A DNA stretch of 64,000 bases from an uncultured Gammaproteobacteria bacterium (GCA_964448085.1 CAYUUX010000002.1:30519-94518), one strand, 5' to 3'; shown: positions 1-11,042, counted from the first letter of the stretch. Notes: generated from the sequence alone by a model not told the origin. A program made the numbers and translations.

Positions 1-1
1 T

Positions 2-1087
2 ATCGCAAGTCCTTACATATTTGATCCAACAAATTTTCGCTTATTACTGGTTGCAACAATTCAATATGTCGCCGTGCGTCTGATAGAGCTATCCACAGAA
101 GAAAAACACAGGCTTCTTCATTTTGTCGGAATAACTACCGTTTTTGTTGCACTTATTAGCCTTTTTCAACTGGTGTTTAGAGATCAAGCTATCGTTATTG
201 CAAAAAGATTTCTTTTTGGAGATGCTGCATATAGCATAGCTTGGGATTTGGGCAGAGGAAGAGGACCCCAGTGGGGCAACGCGGTTATTGCCTTTCCCCT
301 ATTTGTTGCCTCGGTTTTATTGCTGAGGAGTAAAAAAGACTTTATTATTCGCCTCTATACTTGGTCGGGAATATTTTTAATTCCTTTTTCATTTATTACA
401 ACGAATTTTCGTTGGCTTACCCTTTGTTTTTCTGGAGGGTTATTTTTTATGCTGTTTATGTTCGTTCGATACAAGATGACGAGTTGGAAATCTCTAAGAA
501 GACTTCTTGCGCCAGCACTCCTCTCGGTGATTGTCGGAATGACGATTGCTTCATCCGTTTTTCAATACAATCTCATCGACAGGTTTTTATTAAAGGAAAA
601 GAGCCGAGATGTTGTGTTTACCCTTGGGAGGCTTTTTTTATATAAACAAGCAATGTACGCCTTTACTGCTTCCCCCATTGTCGGAATAGGCACGGGAAAT
701 TACAAATATATAATAGACAGACCCGTCATTCTGCATTATTACAACTTTATCGTTGGTGGGGAAAGCGAGGTTGATACGACCACAAGGGAACCAGTTTCTT
801 CCCACAATGATCTATTAACGATTTTGGCTGAAACAGGCGCGCTGGGTGTCGTCCTGTACACACTCATAAATTACTTTGTTTTTTCTCGACTCGTTTTCCT
901 TTTGCGGAAAGCCGTTGTTGCGCGGTCCCAACACAAGACAGTTTTATGGCTTTCGATAATAACGGCAATTTCCCTTTTCCATCTGATTGGTTTGTTTGAA
1001 AACACGTCCCCAAACAATTTAACATACCTATTTTTTCTCTTTGCCGTTTCACTTACCTGGTTTCAAGACGCCGCACTAGAAAGTTAA
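2..1087 (+). CDS. O-antigen ligase/polymerase (Wzy_C/WaaL) family membrane protein, 5'-truncated by the window edge
   Basis: Frame is open from position 2. Multi-TM protein with GIGTGNY and SHNDLLTILAETG motifs typical of O-antigen ligases. Confidence 0.8.
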   Translation: MASPYIFDPTNFRLLLVATIQYVAVRLIELSTEEKHRLLHFVGITTVFVALISLFQLVFRDQAIVIAKRFLFGDAAYSIAWDLGRGRGPQWGNAVIAFPLFVASVLLLRSKKDFIIRLYTWSGIFLIPFSFITTNFRWLTLCFSGGLFFMLFMFVRYKMTSWKSLRRLLAPALLSVIVGMTIASSVFQYNLIDRFLLKEKSRDVVFTLGRLFLYKQAMYAFTASPIVGIGTGNYKYIIDRPVILHYYNFIVGGESEVDTTTREPVSSHNDLLTILAETGALGVVLYTLINYFVFSRLVFLLRKAVVARSQHKTVLWLSIITAISLFHLIGLFENTSPNNLTYLFFLFAVSLTWFQDAALES

Positions 1088-2044
1088 GACGTCGTGGCGC
1101 ACTTCTAAAGAAGAGAACAGGGAAGAAAAAACGTGCGCATGCGTATATTTAGACAGAACGTTTTTCCTTCCAGCCCTCAGGAGCCGCCAGTTTTTTAGGC
1201 TTGAAATAATAATTTTTGGATACATCCATGGAGAATATTTTACTAAACAATAGATTGCGGTTATGAGCTGCCAAAGACACACCCTTGTTATGTTTTTTAT
1301 AATAGTTTGTTTTGGCCAGGTTAGTATAATAACCCACAGAAGGTTGCGAAAACTCTGGTACATGACGAAATAACTTTTTTCTCCCCAGGTAAACGTCCGT
1401 TTGTGAAAAGCAACCAGTTTGTCGCATTTATAAAAACAACCACCAATAGCAAGGGCGCGTATGGAAAACTCCACATCGTCTAAATACCAACGAAGAACAG
1501 GATTCAAAAAAAAGCCATACGTTCGCACCATCTTTTTAAGAAAAGGCGTTCGTATTAAAAGACACGACATAGACGCAAGCGAAGTGGTAATCGTGGGAAA
1601 AAAGGCGTTTTTTGAATAGCCAGTTCGAAAATATTCTACTCCAAAGGAATCAAGCTTTTTTGAATGTCCTCTATAGATATACGGGACATATATATCCCCA
1701 CAGTTCCTATCGGTTGTAAAAACGCGATACAGCTCGGCAAAGAAATTCTTTTTGATTTCTGCATCGTCGTTAATAATCAGATAAAAGTCACTTTGGAGAT
1801 GCATCGTTTTTTGTACGGCCAAATTATTTATCTGTACAAAGCCCGACTCCGGAGAGGAAACGAAAACGGAATCAATACAAGAAATTTTTGGGATACGATG
1901 TCGAGGGTTATTGGTTGTTACAACAATGGTTATATTTGCGTCTTGAGTTTTTGCCTGTCTGAGTGAACGGAGACACCTATTTAAAACAGAAATGTTTTTT
2001 GTATATCCGGCACACGAAACCACACAAATAATTGTCATATGCAT
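1076..2044 (-). CDS. Glycosyltransferase family 2
   Basis: GT-A motifs LIINDD and YLDDVEFSIR; lies in a glycan cluster. Confidence 0.8.
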   Translation of the reverse strand: MHMTIICVVSCAGYTKNISVLNRCLRSLRQAKTQDANITIVVTTNNPRHRIPKISCIDSVFVSSPESGFVQINNLAVQKTMHLQSDFYLIINDDAEIKKNFFAELYRVFTTDRNCGDIYVPYIYRGHSKKLDSFGVEYFRTGYSKNAFFPTITTSLASMSCLLIRTPFLKKMVRTYGFFLNPVLRWYLDDVEFSIRALAIGGCFYKCDKLVAFHKRTFTWGEKSYFVMYQSFRNLLWVIILTWPKQTIIKNITRVCLWQLITAIYCLVKYSPWMYPKIIISSLKNWRLLRAGRKNVLSKYTHAHVFSSLFSSLEVRHDVLTF

Positions 2045-2089
2045 GAAGGATTACACGCGCAAGGTATTATATAATAAAGTAAGATTGCA

Positions 2090-2650
2090 ATGAAAACACA
2101 CGTTTCACCAACACGTTTTTCGGATCTCCTCATTATCACGATTGATTATTTTAAAGACGAGAGAGGTTTTTTTATAGAACCGTGGAATAAGAGAGATTTT
2201 AAAGAGGCTGGTTTTGATAAGGAATTTGTTCAAGAGGGTCATTCACGATCAAGGCGCGGCGTACTTCGCGGTCTTCACTACCAAGACATGACGGCTCCAA
2301 TGGGTAAACTTGTTCGGTGCACAGTGGGATCCGTCTTTGAGGTTGCGGTTGATCTACGGATATCATCAAAAACATTTGGGATGGGATATACTACAATTCT
2401 TTCATCAGCAAACAAAAAGATGTTATATGTCCCAGTCGGATTTGCCTTGGGATTTCTAACATTGAGTGCATACGCAGAGATGCAATATAAGCAAACCGGT
2501 TATTATACTCCCTCAGCGGAGGGGACGCTTTTCTGGAACGACAAGGATATTCAGGTTCCCTGGCCTTTAACAGCGCCACCCATTGTGTCTTCTCGGGATG
2601 CGCGCGGCATATCCCTAAAAACATACCTGCTTCATCCGGCCTTTCTATAA
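2090..2650 (+). CDS. rfbC: dTDP-4-dehydrorhamnose 3,5-epimerase
   Basis: DERGFF, SRRGVLRGLHYQ, KLVRC and AVDLR motifs. Confidence 0.95.
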   Translation: MKTHVSPTRFSDLLIITIDYFKDERGFFIEPWNKRDFKEAGFDKEFVQEGHSRSRRGVLRGLHYQDMTAPMGKLVRCTVGSVFEVAVDLRISSKTFGMGYTTILSSANKKMLYVPVGFALGFLTLSAYAEMQYKQTGYYTPSAEGTLFWNDKDIQVPWPLTAPPIVSSRDARGISLKTYLLHPAFL

Positions 2651-2675
2651 TGTATACTAGCCTGAATCATTATTT

Positions 2676-3701
2676 ATGAAAAATCTCAAAACGCAACACG
2701 TGTTGGTGACCGGAGGCGCAGGGTACATCGGGTCTGTTCTTGTACCATTTCTCGTTCAACAGGGGTTTTTTGTTAGTGTTTTTGACTCATTCTATTTTGG
2801 AAGAAAGCCCATTCAACATTTTCCCAAAGGCGTTCATGTTATTCGAGGAGATATTCGGCGTCCGCCAAGCGACCTTTTTCAGTCAATTGACAGTGTTATT
2901 CACTTGGCCGCCCTCTCAAACGACCCAACGGCAGAGTTTAATCCAATTGCAAATGAAGCTATTAATACAGAAGGAACAAAAACAATTGCCCTGATGGCAA
3001 AAGAAAAAGGGGTTCGGCGATTTGTTTTTGCCTCAAGCTGTTCAATTTATGATTGCGGGCTTTGTAGTAATATCGCTACCAAAACTGAAAACGCAGAGGT
3101 AAATCCCAAGAATCCTTACTCCAGGTCGAAATTTCTTGCTGAAAGGTTTTTATTACAACTTACCGATAATACATTTTCTCCAACGGTGTTGCGTAAGGGC
3201 ACGGTTTATGGACCGTCCCCACGCATGCGTTATGACCTGATAGTTAATACCATGGTTCGGGATGCCATGCGTTCCAAAAAACTCCACGTTTTTTGCCGGG
3301 GTAGACAATGGAGACCGTTGATTTCAATACACGACGTTGCAAATGCATACGCGTTAACGATTCGAGCGCCAGAAAAATTGGTGAAAGGAAAGATCATCAA
3401 TATTTCCGCGGGCAATTATCAGGTGGACGGCGTTGCTAAAGAGATACAGGGTGCATTCAAAGAAAGCCTGAATACGGATATTACCATTGTATATGAAAAG
3501 GACGATAAGCTAGATAGATCGTACAGGGTTTCGACAAAGAGGGCCAAAGAGCTACTTCACTTTTTTCCTAAAGAAACCATACGGGAATCCGTGCGCGCAC
3601 TCGTTTCGGCTATCAAAAAAAATAAAGCATTACAACAGTTTTCTAACCCACTGTTTTACAACATTGAGCGAATGAAGCCGATTCTTCAAAGTATGACGTA
3701 A
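2676..3701 (+). CDS. NAD-dependent epimerase/dehydratase (extended SDR)
   Basis: VTGGAGYIG, HLAALSND and YxxSK motifs. Confidence 0.9.
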   Translation: MKNLKTQHVLVTGGAGYIGSVLVPFLVQQGFFVSVFDSFYFGRKPIQHFPKGVHVIRGDIRRPPSDLFQSIDSVIHLAALSNDPTAEFNPIANEAINTEGTKTIALMAKEKGVRRFVFASSCSIYDCGLCSNIATKTENAEVNPKNPYSRSKFLAERFLLQLTDNTFSPTVLRKGTVYGPSPRMRYDLIVNTMVRDAMRSKKLHVFCRGRQWRPLISIHDVANAYALTIRAPEKLVKGKIINISAGNYQVDGVAKEIQGAFKESLNTDITIVYEKDDKLDRSYRVSTKRAKELLHFFPKETIRESVRALVSAIKKNKALQQFSNPLFYNIERMKPILQSMT

Positions 3702-4496
3702 TTATCTGTATTGAAACAAGCCGTATTTTAGAACAAAACGAAGCATGCTTTGTGCATGATATACGGAATAGATACTCAATAATTTTTTATCGCTTTGCGC
3801 CCGGTGATGGTGTGTGACACGAGACCGTGGTAGATACCATACTTCCCATCCCGCACGCCAAGCCCGCAGGCAATAATCAATATCGTCAACATACAGATAA
3901 TACTTTTCATCTAATAGGCCAATGCTGTCCACCATTTTTTTTCTTATACACATGCACCCTCCCAACACCCAGTCAACTTGACGTTCTTGATCGTGATTTT
4001 CATTTTTCATTAGATGAAAATCATTTGAGTCGCTTTGGGCGAATAGATATCGCAAAGGGGTTCTGCGTACGAAAAAGGTTTTCCACGTTGGAAACCGTCG
4101 GCAAGAATATTGTAGGGACCCGTCTGGGTTCAGAAGCTTTGGTCCAACAATTCCAACCGTTTTATGACGTTTCATAAACTTCAAAATAGTTTGGAGTGCC
4201 TCCGGCAACAATTCGGTATCTGGATTGAGTAAGAGGATGTGGTCTGCCCGCGCCTTTTTGATTGCCAGATTGTTGTTATACGCAAAGCCACGGATGTTTG
4301 TGTTTCTTATAATATGAACGTGTTTCGTTGTTGCATATTTTTTTATATAAAATTCTGTTTGATCGGTTGAGGCGTTATTTACAACAAACAACTCTATATC
4401 AAGATTTTTTTGAGTCTTTTGAATTGAAAGTAAGCAGTTTTTAAGGAGTTCTGCCTCGTTCGTTGCAACTATAATGATGGTTACGTCAGGCCTCAT
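3702..4496 (-). CDS. Glycosyltransferase family 2 (WbbL-like rhamnosyltransferase)
   Basis: NNASTD, LLLNPD, GPKLLNPDGSLQYS and YVDDIDYC motifs. Confidence 0.85.
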   Translation of the reverse strand: MRPDVTIIIVATNEAELLKNCLLSIQKTQKNLDIELFVVNNASTDQTEFYIKKYATTKHVHIIRNTNIRGFAYNNNLAIKKARADHILLLNPDTELLPEALQTILKFMKRHKTVGIVGPKLLNPDGSLQYSCRRFPTWKTFFVRRTPLRYLFAQSDSNDFHLMKNENHDQERQVDWVLGGCMCIRKKMVDSIGLLDEKYYLYVDDIDYCLRAWRAGWEVWYLPRSRVTHHHRAQSDKKLLSIYSVYHAQSMLRFVLKYGLFQYR

Positions 4497-5604
4497 GGCT
4501 TTTCGAACAGAGACTTCTAATCATTTTGCTGGTGACGAGGAGATCTCGAGCGGTGTTTCCTAATCCTGACGGTATATAGAGCCCTTCCTTTTCAACGCGT
4601 TCAGCCACCGGGAAGTTGCTATCTTGGAAGAGCCCCATACCTTTAAACGCTGTTTTTGGAGAGAAAAAAAACGAACGCGTTTGTATTCCTCTTTCCCCAA
4701 GGATTTTCATGAGTTCGGTTTTTGATTTTCCGTATTCTTTTCTTTTTATACGTATTGCATACATCCAGTACACGCTTTTTGCCCACGGTTTTTCAATGGG
4801 CAACACGATTCCCGGAACGCCCCAAAGTTGAACACCATAGGTTTGAGCCAAAAGCCGTTTTTTTTGTATTGATTCATTAATGTGTGACAAGCTAGCAAGA
4901 CCAATGGCCGCCTGAACATTGCTCATTTGATAATTATATCCAATACCATCGTGAACAAAGCGAATTTTTTTGGAATGATAGAGGTTTTTTAAACGAACAA
5001 TTCGTTCATAGATGCTGTGGCTGTTTGTTAGAATCATCCCCCCTTCCCCACAGGTGACAATTTTATTTGCATAGAAACTAAAAATGGATACATCACCGAA
5101 TGATCCAACCCTTCTCCCTTTGTATTCTGCTCCATGTGCTTCAGCAGCGTCCTCAATAATGAAGAGGTGGTGTTTTTTTGCAATACGCACGATTTCATCC
5201 ATGTCGCATGGGTGTCCATAGAGATGTACCGCCATAATTGCTTTTGTATTTTTTGTGATAGACTTCTCTATAAGATCGGGATTTAATGTGTAAGTTTCAG
5301 GATCAATGTCGACTGGTACAACAGTGGCGCCCACGTACCAAACGGCAAAATAACAAGAGGCTATGGTGAGCGCCGGGACAATAACTTCGTCGTTTTTTCC
5401 TATTCCAAGCGCAGCCATTGCCACATGAAGGGCTGCTGTTCCAGAATTGGTTGAAGCACCATACTTTGTTTTTATATAACGTGAAAAAGCCATTTCAAAT
5501 CGTTTTACAAATGGCCCTTCGGCGCTAAGCCAGCCCGAATCAAGCGCTTGATTTGTTAGTGTATACGTTTCTGGATAGATACACGGTTTATTTACTGGGA
5601 TCAT
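4486..5604 (-). CDS. DegT/DnrJ/EryC1/StrS PLP sugar aminotransferase (perosamine synthetase-like)
   Basis: NSGTAALH, EDAAEAHGA, SFYANK and GEGG motifs. Confidence 0.9.
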   Translation of the reverse strand: MIPVNKPCIYPETYTLTNQALDSGWLSAEGPFVKRFEMAFSRYIKTKYGASTNSGTAALHVAMAALGIGKNDEVIVPALTIASCYFAVWYVGATVVPVDIDPETYTLNPDLIEKSITKNTKAIMAVHLYGHPCDMDEIVRIAKKHHLFIIEDAAEAHGAEYKGRRVGSFGDVSIFSFYANKIVTCGEGGMILTNSHSIYERIVRLKNLYHSKKIRFVHDGIGYNYQMSNVQAAIGLASLSHINESIQKKRLLAQTYGVQLWGVPGIVLPIEKPWAKSVYWMYAIRIKRKEYGKSKTELMKILGERGIQTRSFFFSPKTAFKGMGLFQDSNFPVAERVEKEGLYIPSGLGNTARDLLVTSKMIRSLCSKSHEA

Positions 5605-6608
5605 ACGACAGATGAAAGTTTAATTACCCTTTCTTGTTTGACTGATCGATAAACCCCCTCAATCATTCGGATTACTGCCGTACCGTCGGACGCACGTGGC
5701 TCTGGCTCCAACCCTTTTTGTATACATGAAGCAAAATATAACAATTCATTCATATAGGATACGGGTTGCCTCTTGGAAAAATCATATATTCTTTCCTTTT
5801 TTGATTCACGGTTGCCCACGATAATATTATCTCCCCGTTTAGAATCTATGAGCATGTATCCTTTCTCACCCCAAATCTCAAGCGACATATACCCTTTCCA
5901 TTGACTCCACGAAGATGTAATGAGAGCCATTCTTCCGTCCTTTGTTTTATATAATCCACCAGCCAAATCTTCAACGTGTGCTTTTTTCCAAAAGACGTTA
6001 CTGATCATCCCTGTGCAGGAATAAAAATCTCCCATAATCCATCGCGTGATGTCTAGCAGGTGGCACGCATTGTCCACATAGGTTCCTCCACCAGATGTGG
6101 CTTTGTCCCAAAACCAGGATTGTTTTGTGTGCGAACCGTCCGTTCCGATGTTTCCCTTTACAGAAAGTACTTTTCCTATTGTGCCCCGTCGAATAAGTTT
6201 AACAGCCTTTTGTATGCTTGGAAAAAAGCGATGATTCGAGCCTGTTTTGACAAATCTTTTAAATCTTTGAGAAGCTCTAACTATTTTGTTTGCTTCAGCA
6301 ACAGTTGGGGCAAGCGGTTTTTCACATAAAACATGCAGCCCGCTTTTTAAAGCCTCGCATGTCACTGGGGCGTGTTGTTTGTTGGGTACGCACACGATGG
6401 CGATATCCGCCGAATATATTTTCAGAAGACTTTTTAGTGATGTTGCATGCGGAACATGAAAGACCTGGCCAGTTTTTTTTGCTTTCTTTTCGTCGACATC
6501 GACAACACCAACAAGTTGTATGTGATGTTTTAATTGTCTGCAGGCCTCTATGCGTTTTTGTCCAAAATAGCCACAACCTACAACGACCGCTCGTAGCTTT
6601 TGATTCAT
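5601..6608 (-). CDS. Gfo/Idh/MocA family oxidoreductase
   Basis: VVGCGYFG Rossmann motif, HVLCEKP, and GGG..D...H.LD. Confidence 0.9.
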   Translation of the reverse strand: MNQKLRAVVVGCGYFGQKRIEACRQLKHHIQLVGVVDVDEKKAKKTGQVFHVPHATSLKSLLKIYSADIAIVCVPNKQHAPVTCEALKSGLHVLCEKPLAPTVAEANKIVRASQRFKRFVKTGSNHRFFPSIQKAVKLIRRGTIGKVLSVKGNIGTDGSHTKQSWFWDKATSGGGTYVDNACHLLDITRWIMGDFYSCTGMISNVFWKKAHVEDLAGGLYKTKDGRMALITSSWSQWKGYMSLEIWGEKGYMLIDSKRGDNIIVGNRESKKERIYDFSKRQPVSYMNELLYFASCIQKGLEPEPRASDGTAVIRMIEGVYRSVKQERVIKLSSVV

Positions 6609-6692
6609 AACAATAATCTGGCGGGTAGGCCATTATTGTAACAAGCTTTTATTTTTATAACAACAAAACGTATAATACCCTTACTTTTTTCT

Positions 6693-7820
6693 ATGTTACG
6701 AAACGCGATCATTCTTTTTATTTTAAATGATCCAATCACCCACTGGTGTGATTACGCATTTCAAACAGCAAAGCTTCTATCTAAAAAAAACACCATCGTA
6801 ATTTTTTGTTCGGAAGATACTATTTCATGGAAAAACGTATTGGGCTTGCGCAGGCGCGTGCCACTGTTTGAGAAACGATGGAACGCGCTTTTATTTCACC
6901 CCTTTTTTGTTATCCCCGGTCAACGTTTTCCAATTATTAAACACATGAATTATCGTATTAACGCATGGTGTTTGTATTGGTACTTGAAATTTAGCCAACC
7001 AGGAATAAAAAAATTCTTATGGTTCTTTGACCCATATTACGTTTCTTCTTTGATAAACATTTTTGTTCACTACCAGTCTATATACGATTGTGTTGATTAT
7101 TATGAAGGAGTATCAGAAGAGCTCAGGGTCCACAACAGATTTTTGTTCAGAAGAGCAACATACACGTTTGTTAATTCCCACGCTCTCCTGAATAAGTTTG
7201 GTGGATACAGAAAAAACGTTTCACTCGTTCCCCTCGGGTTTGCAAGCGATCTTTTTCAAACAAGACACGTCAATTCATCACGGGAAAACGGAATAGTTGC
7301 CGGTTTTGTTGGCGGCATTACTCGACGAATTGATTATCGCCTTTTAACATCCGTAGCAAAGCGTTTACCCGATATTCAATTTGTTTTTTACGGTGCCCGT
7401 CGAGATGACGCGTTCACCTCCGCCGGAAAGCTTTGTCCAGACATAGAGGAATTTTTCAGTCTCAAAAATGTTTTTTGGAAAGGGCCCGTCCCCAAAACGC
7501 TTATGCCATCCGTGATCTCCTCTTTTGATATTTGCCTCATTCCTTACACGAAGGACAAATTTAATTTATATTGTTACCCCATGAAAGTGATGGAATATTT
7601 CTATGTGGGGAAGCCCGTTCTTTCAACACCAATTGAGGAATTAAAACGCTTTCCTCAACTGATATCTATCGGTAAAACCGCAGAAGAATGGGAAGACAAT
7701 ATTTGGAAATTGTTGTCTGTTCCCTGGCCCGTTCGGTTTCAGAAAATACAAAGGGATACAGCAAAAAAGAACAGTTGGAAGAATAAGTTATTAGCCATGG
7801 AGCGCGTTATTCAACGATAG
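6693..7820 (+). CDS. GT-B glycosyltransferase (TuaH-like)
   Basis: YDCVDY, GFVGGI and PMKVMEYFYVGKPVLST motifs. Confidence 0.8.
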   Translation: MLRNAIILFILNDPITHWCDYAFQTAKLLSKKNTIVIFCSEDTISWKNVLGLRRRVPLFEKRWNALLFHPFFVIPGQRFPIIKHMNYRINAWCLYWYLKFSQPGIKKFLWFFDPYYVSSLINIFVHYQSIYDCVDYYEGVSEELRVHNRFLFRRATYTFVNSHALLNKFGGYRKNVSLVPLGFASDLFQTRHVNSSRENGIVAGFVGGITRRIDYRLLTSVAKRLPDIQFVFYGARRDDAFTSAGKLCPDIEEFFSLKNVFWKGPVPKTLMPSVISSFDICLIPYTKDKFNLYCYPMKVMEYFYVGKPVLSTPIEELKRFPQLISIGKTAEEWEDNIWKLLSVPWPVRFQKIQRDTAKKNSWKNKLLAMERVIQR

Positions 7821-7824
7821 AACT

Positions 7825-8727
7825 TCATTGTTTTTTTGAAGAATAGGCTATTCCAACACACAACCCCTTCATTCTTATGAGTAGTTTAGCTATGGCATGT
7901 CGCCAAGAGTCCAGCCGAATTGTTTTTCTTTTAACAACATCACCCAAGTTCTTTTTTATCTCCCCAAACGAGTCCAAAAAATTATCAAGAATAATACGTT
8001 GAGCAAATTTCCACCCCAACAACGCGAAATGCGTATAACAAACCATTTCTCCGTGTATATATGTTAGATCTCGTTCTAGCTTGGTATTTTTGTCAACCCA
8101 ATTATTATGACGGACTATACATTTCGGGTCGCAGGCAATATGTTTACCAAACATAAGTTGTCGAAGCATGAAGTCTGCATCCTCTGCAGCCTTTCCAACA
8201 CTATGAGGCCCAAGATGCGTTGAAAAAAACACATTGTTGCATGCTTGTTTTTTCCACGCCATGTTGTTTCCAAAACCGATATAAACGGCGTGATTTTGCG
8301 GATGTGTAATAATTTTGTATTTGTTTTGTCGAAACGTACTCAGACAAATTTCGTCCGGGTGGCGCTTCGGTTGATATGGAACCGATGTCCCAACGATACC
8401 GTCAACAGACCTGTGTTTTGTAAAACCGTTTTGTATCCGTTGGAGCCAGCGGGTATCAATGATGCAATCATCATCAGTGAAACAGTAAATTGACCCGCGG
8501 GCTATCTTCATGGCGTGATTGAGGGCGGAAGACTTCCCTCTTTGCTTCATGTGCTTGTATATAAATCGTGCATCATGAAACGCTTCAACAATACTCCTCG
8601 TTTTGCCATTTGTGCTTTGATCCATAACGATGATTTCAAAATCTCTTTCGGTGCTTTTTTGGAACGCACATAAACAGGAGCAAACCGATTGGGGTCTATT
8701 GTGGGTTGCAATAAGCACAGAAAGCAT
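7825..8727 (-). CDS. Glycosyltransferase family 2
   Basis: SVLIATHNR, FTDDD and AED motifs. Confidence 0.85.
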   Translation of the reverse strand: MLSVLIATHNRPQSVCSCLCAFQKSTERDFEIIVMDQSTNGKTRSIVEAFHDARFIYKHMKQRGKSSALNHAMKIARGSIYCFTDDDCIIDTRWLQRIQNGFTKHRSVDGIVGTSVPYQPKRHPDEICLSTFRQNKYKIITHPQNHAVYIGFGNNMAWKKQACNNVFFSTHLGPHSVGKAAEDADFMLRQLMFGKHIACDPKCIVRHNNWVDKNTKLERDLTYIHGEMVCYTHFALLGWKFAQRIILDNFLDSFGEIKKNLGDVVKRKTIRLDSWRHAIAKLLIRMKGLCVGIAYSSKKQ

Positions 8728-8748
8728 AGTGTATGGTGTTGCGCTCTT

Positions 8749-9471
8749 TCAAATACGGTTTTGCGTATAAAGTCGAATCATGGATTTTGTATTTCCATCA
8801 TGAAGTATTCTTCCTTGCTGCATTATGAGGACACGATTGCAGTTTTTCTCGATGAAGTCTAACGCCTGAGAAGCAATAAGGATGGTTTTTCCTTGACGAA
8901 AAAAATCCTGCATTTTACGTAAAGCTTTTTTTTGAAAGGCTTTATCTCCAACCATAAGGTTTTCATCTAAAAGCAGAATATCAGGCCGTGTCGATGCGGC
9001 AACGGCAAAGCCCAAGCGCAACACCATTCCCGACGAATAGGTAAAAAGTGGAATATCAATAAACTTTCCTATATCTGCAAAATCAATAATTTCTTGTAAT
9101 TTATCGTTAATTTCCCGCCTTTTCATACCAAGAAGCATTCCGTTTAAATATATATTTTGAAGACCGGTTAGGTCGGGGTGAAATCCTGCCTCCAAATCAA
9201 TTAACGAAACGATTTTTCCGCGCGTTTGTAAAACACCGTCCGTTGGTGTCGTGAGGCGTGCAATAATTTTAAGAAGAGTGGTTTTCCCAGAACCGTTGGG
9301 ACCGATAATGCCAATTTTTTCTCCCTTCTGGATCGTAACATTAATATGTTTTAGTGCAATAAAGGTTTCATTTTTTGCATGAATGAGTTTTTCCACAAAC
9401 GTTGGTTTTTCATGGTGAATCGTGTATCGTTTTGAAACGTCGTCTAATTGAACAACAATGTTATTAATCAT
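8749..9471 (-). CDS. wzt: Polysaccharide ABC exporter ATP-binding subunit (Wzt/TagH-like)
   Basis: Walker A GPNGSGKT, YSSGM signature, LLLDE. Start moved to ATG 9471, just after the wzm stop. Confidence 0.9.
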   Translation of the reverse strand: MINNIVVQLDDVSKRYTIHHEKPTFVEKLIHAKNETFIALKHINVTIQKGEKIGIIGPNGSGKTTLLKIIARLTTPTDGVLQTRGKIVSLIDLEAGFHPDLTGLQNIYLNGMLLGMKRREINDKLQEIIDFADIGKFIDIPLFTYSSGMVLRLGFAVAASTRPDILLLDENLMVGDKAFQKKALRKMQDFFRQGKTILIASQALDFIEKNCNRVLIMQQGRILHDGNTKSMIRLYTQNRI

Positions 9472-9475
9472 GGTA

Positions 9476-10243
9476 TTAAAGCCAGTCGTCAAAAAAGTTG
9501 CTTTGTTTTTGAAAAGTCCATATGCCAACTCCGATCGTAAGCGCTGTGGAAAGTACGTTGGAAAGGATCATCCAGACGTCGGGAGGATTTATGTCAATAA
9601 AGGCGTGTTGGAACAATTGAATAATAGCGGTCATGGGGTTCAATCTCCAGAGCCAAACCAGATGATCAGGAATATTCTTAAAAGAATATACAATCGGTGT
9701 TGCATAGAACCATACGGTAAGTAAGGCTTGCACAAAAAAATTTACGTCTCGATAACGAACGTTTAGCGCTGAGGTCAACAGCGATAATCCGGAGGTAAAT
9801 ATGAGAATAAGCACACAAGCAAGTGCCAATGTTGGAACGCGCACTGCCTGAATAAATCCAAAAGGAAGAGAACAGAGAACAAACAGCGTTAACGCAACCA
9901 GAAGATGTATGCAATTTGACAGCACAATAGATAGGGGTATAACTGATCGAGGAAACGCTGATTTTTTAATGAGCGCGCGTTCAAAAACGACACTTGGGGT
10001 TGCTTTCGTCAGTGAAACAGAAAAAAAATTCCACGCCAACAAACCGATAAACAGATATGCGTAATAATGATCAATGGGATTTTTGACAAAAAAGTTAAAG
10101 ACGAAGCCAATAACAAGCATTTGTATAATGGGGTTGACCACAAGCCAGAAAAACCCGAAAATCGTGTACTTATATCTTGCGCGGAGCTCTTTTTCCGTCA
10201 TTGCAGCTAACAGTTCAACGAATCGACCTACATTCTGTCTCAT
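9476..10243 (-). CDS. wzm: Polysaccharide ABC exporter permease (Wzm/TagG-like)
   Basis: ELRARYK..GFFW..NP, RDV and FYATPIVY motifs. Start ATG 10243 lies 7 nt after a TATAAT. Confidence 0.9.
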   Translation of the reverse strand: MRQNVGRFVELLAAMTEKELRARYKYTIFGFFWLVVNPIIQMLVIGFVFNFFVKNPIDHYYAYLFIGLLAWNFFSVSLTKATPSVVFERALIKKSAFPRSVIPLSIVLSNCIHLLVALTLFVLCSLPFGFIQAVRVPTLALACVLILIFTSGLSLLTSALNVRYRDVNFFVQALLTVWFYATPIVYSFKNIPDHLVWLWRLNPMTAIIQLFQHAFIDINPPDVWMILSNVLSTALTIGVGIWTFQKQSNFFDDWL

Positions 10244-10340
10244 GTGGGTTATTATACACAAAAAGGCTTTTTCCTGGATTGGGTTGAATGGGAAATTGCC
10301 TCGTTTAACCAATATTGAATGCTTCCTTACGAAGAATGGG

Positions 10341-11042
10341 TTACTTAATGGTTGTACCAACAAAGGATAAATTATCCAATGCACGTTCGAGATTCTCTAG
10401 GTTTTTTCCGTCCAGAACCTTCACTGATATCGAAAGTTCTTCAGCAAGCCTTGCTGCAATTGGATCAAACGGGACATTCATTCGTGGCGTCCAAGTATTA
10501 CCCACCATTTTTCTGTAATCGCTCCAAGAAATATTTTTGATTGGTTTTGCATCAGCGCTTTGTTTTGGATCCTTGTCATAGACCTGTGTGATATTGCTTA
10601 AATTAATTACCTCTTTGATGTTATAGTCCTGACAGAGAATGACCGCATCGTAGTCAGTGCTCCACCCAGGTTTCCACCCGGCCGCTATTGCGATGGGGCG
10701 TTCGATTTTTAAAATGATTTCATAATGCTTGATTACTCTTGGATCTGCAATGTCATGGAAAATTGTCCTGACGAGTTGGGCATTTAAACGAGTGGCATGG
10801 ATACCAAGCCAATCCAGGTCGTCGTTGGTCAAGTCGTGGCCAACAACATCTTTTCCGGCATTAATGAATTTTCCCGCTGTCTCTCCTCCACCAACGACTA
10901 TAAAAAATCTCCGTTTTTTTTCGGAGACCTGATTTCGTATAAATGCGTTGAATGCTTTTAAAAATTGGGTATCAATTCCCCCATTGGGTACTATGAGCGA
11001 TCCACCGAGAGATAACACAAATGCCTGTTCGTTTGAGCTCAT
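10341..11042 (-). CDS. pyrH: UMP kinase, archaeal-type
   Basis: SLGGS, VVGGG, GIHATRLNA, PGWSTDYDA, YDKDP and PFDPIA motifs. Confidence 0.9.
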   Translation of the reverse strand: MSSNEQAFVLSLGGSLIVPNGGIDTQFLKAFNAFIRNQVSEKKRRFFIVVGGGETAGKFINAGKDVVGHDLTNDDLDWLGIHATRLNAQLVRTIFHDIADPRVIKHYEIILKIERPIAIAAGWKPGWSTDYDAVILCQDYNIKEVINLSNITQVYDKDPKQSADAKPIKNISWSDYRKMVGNTWTPRMNVPFDPIAARLAEELSISVKVLDGKNLENLERALDNLSFVGTTIK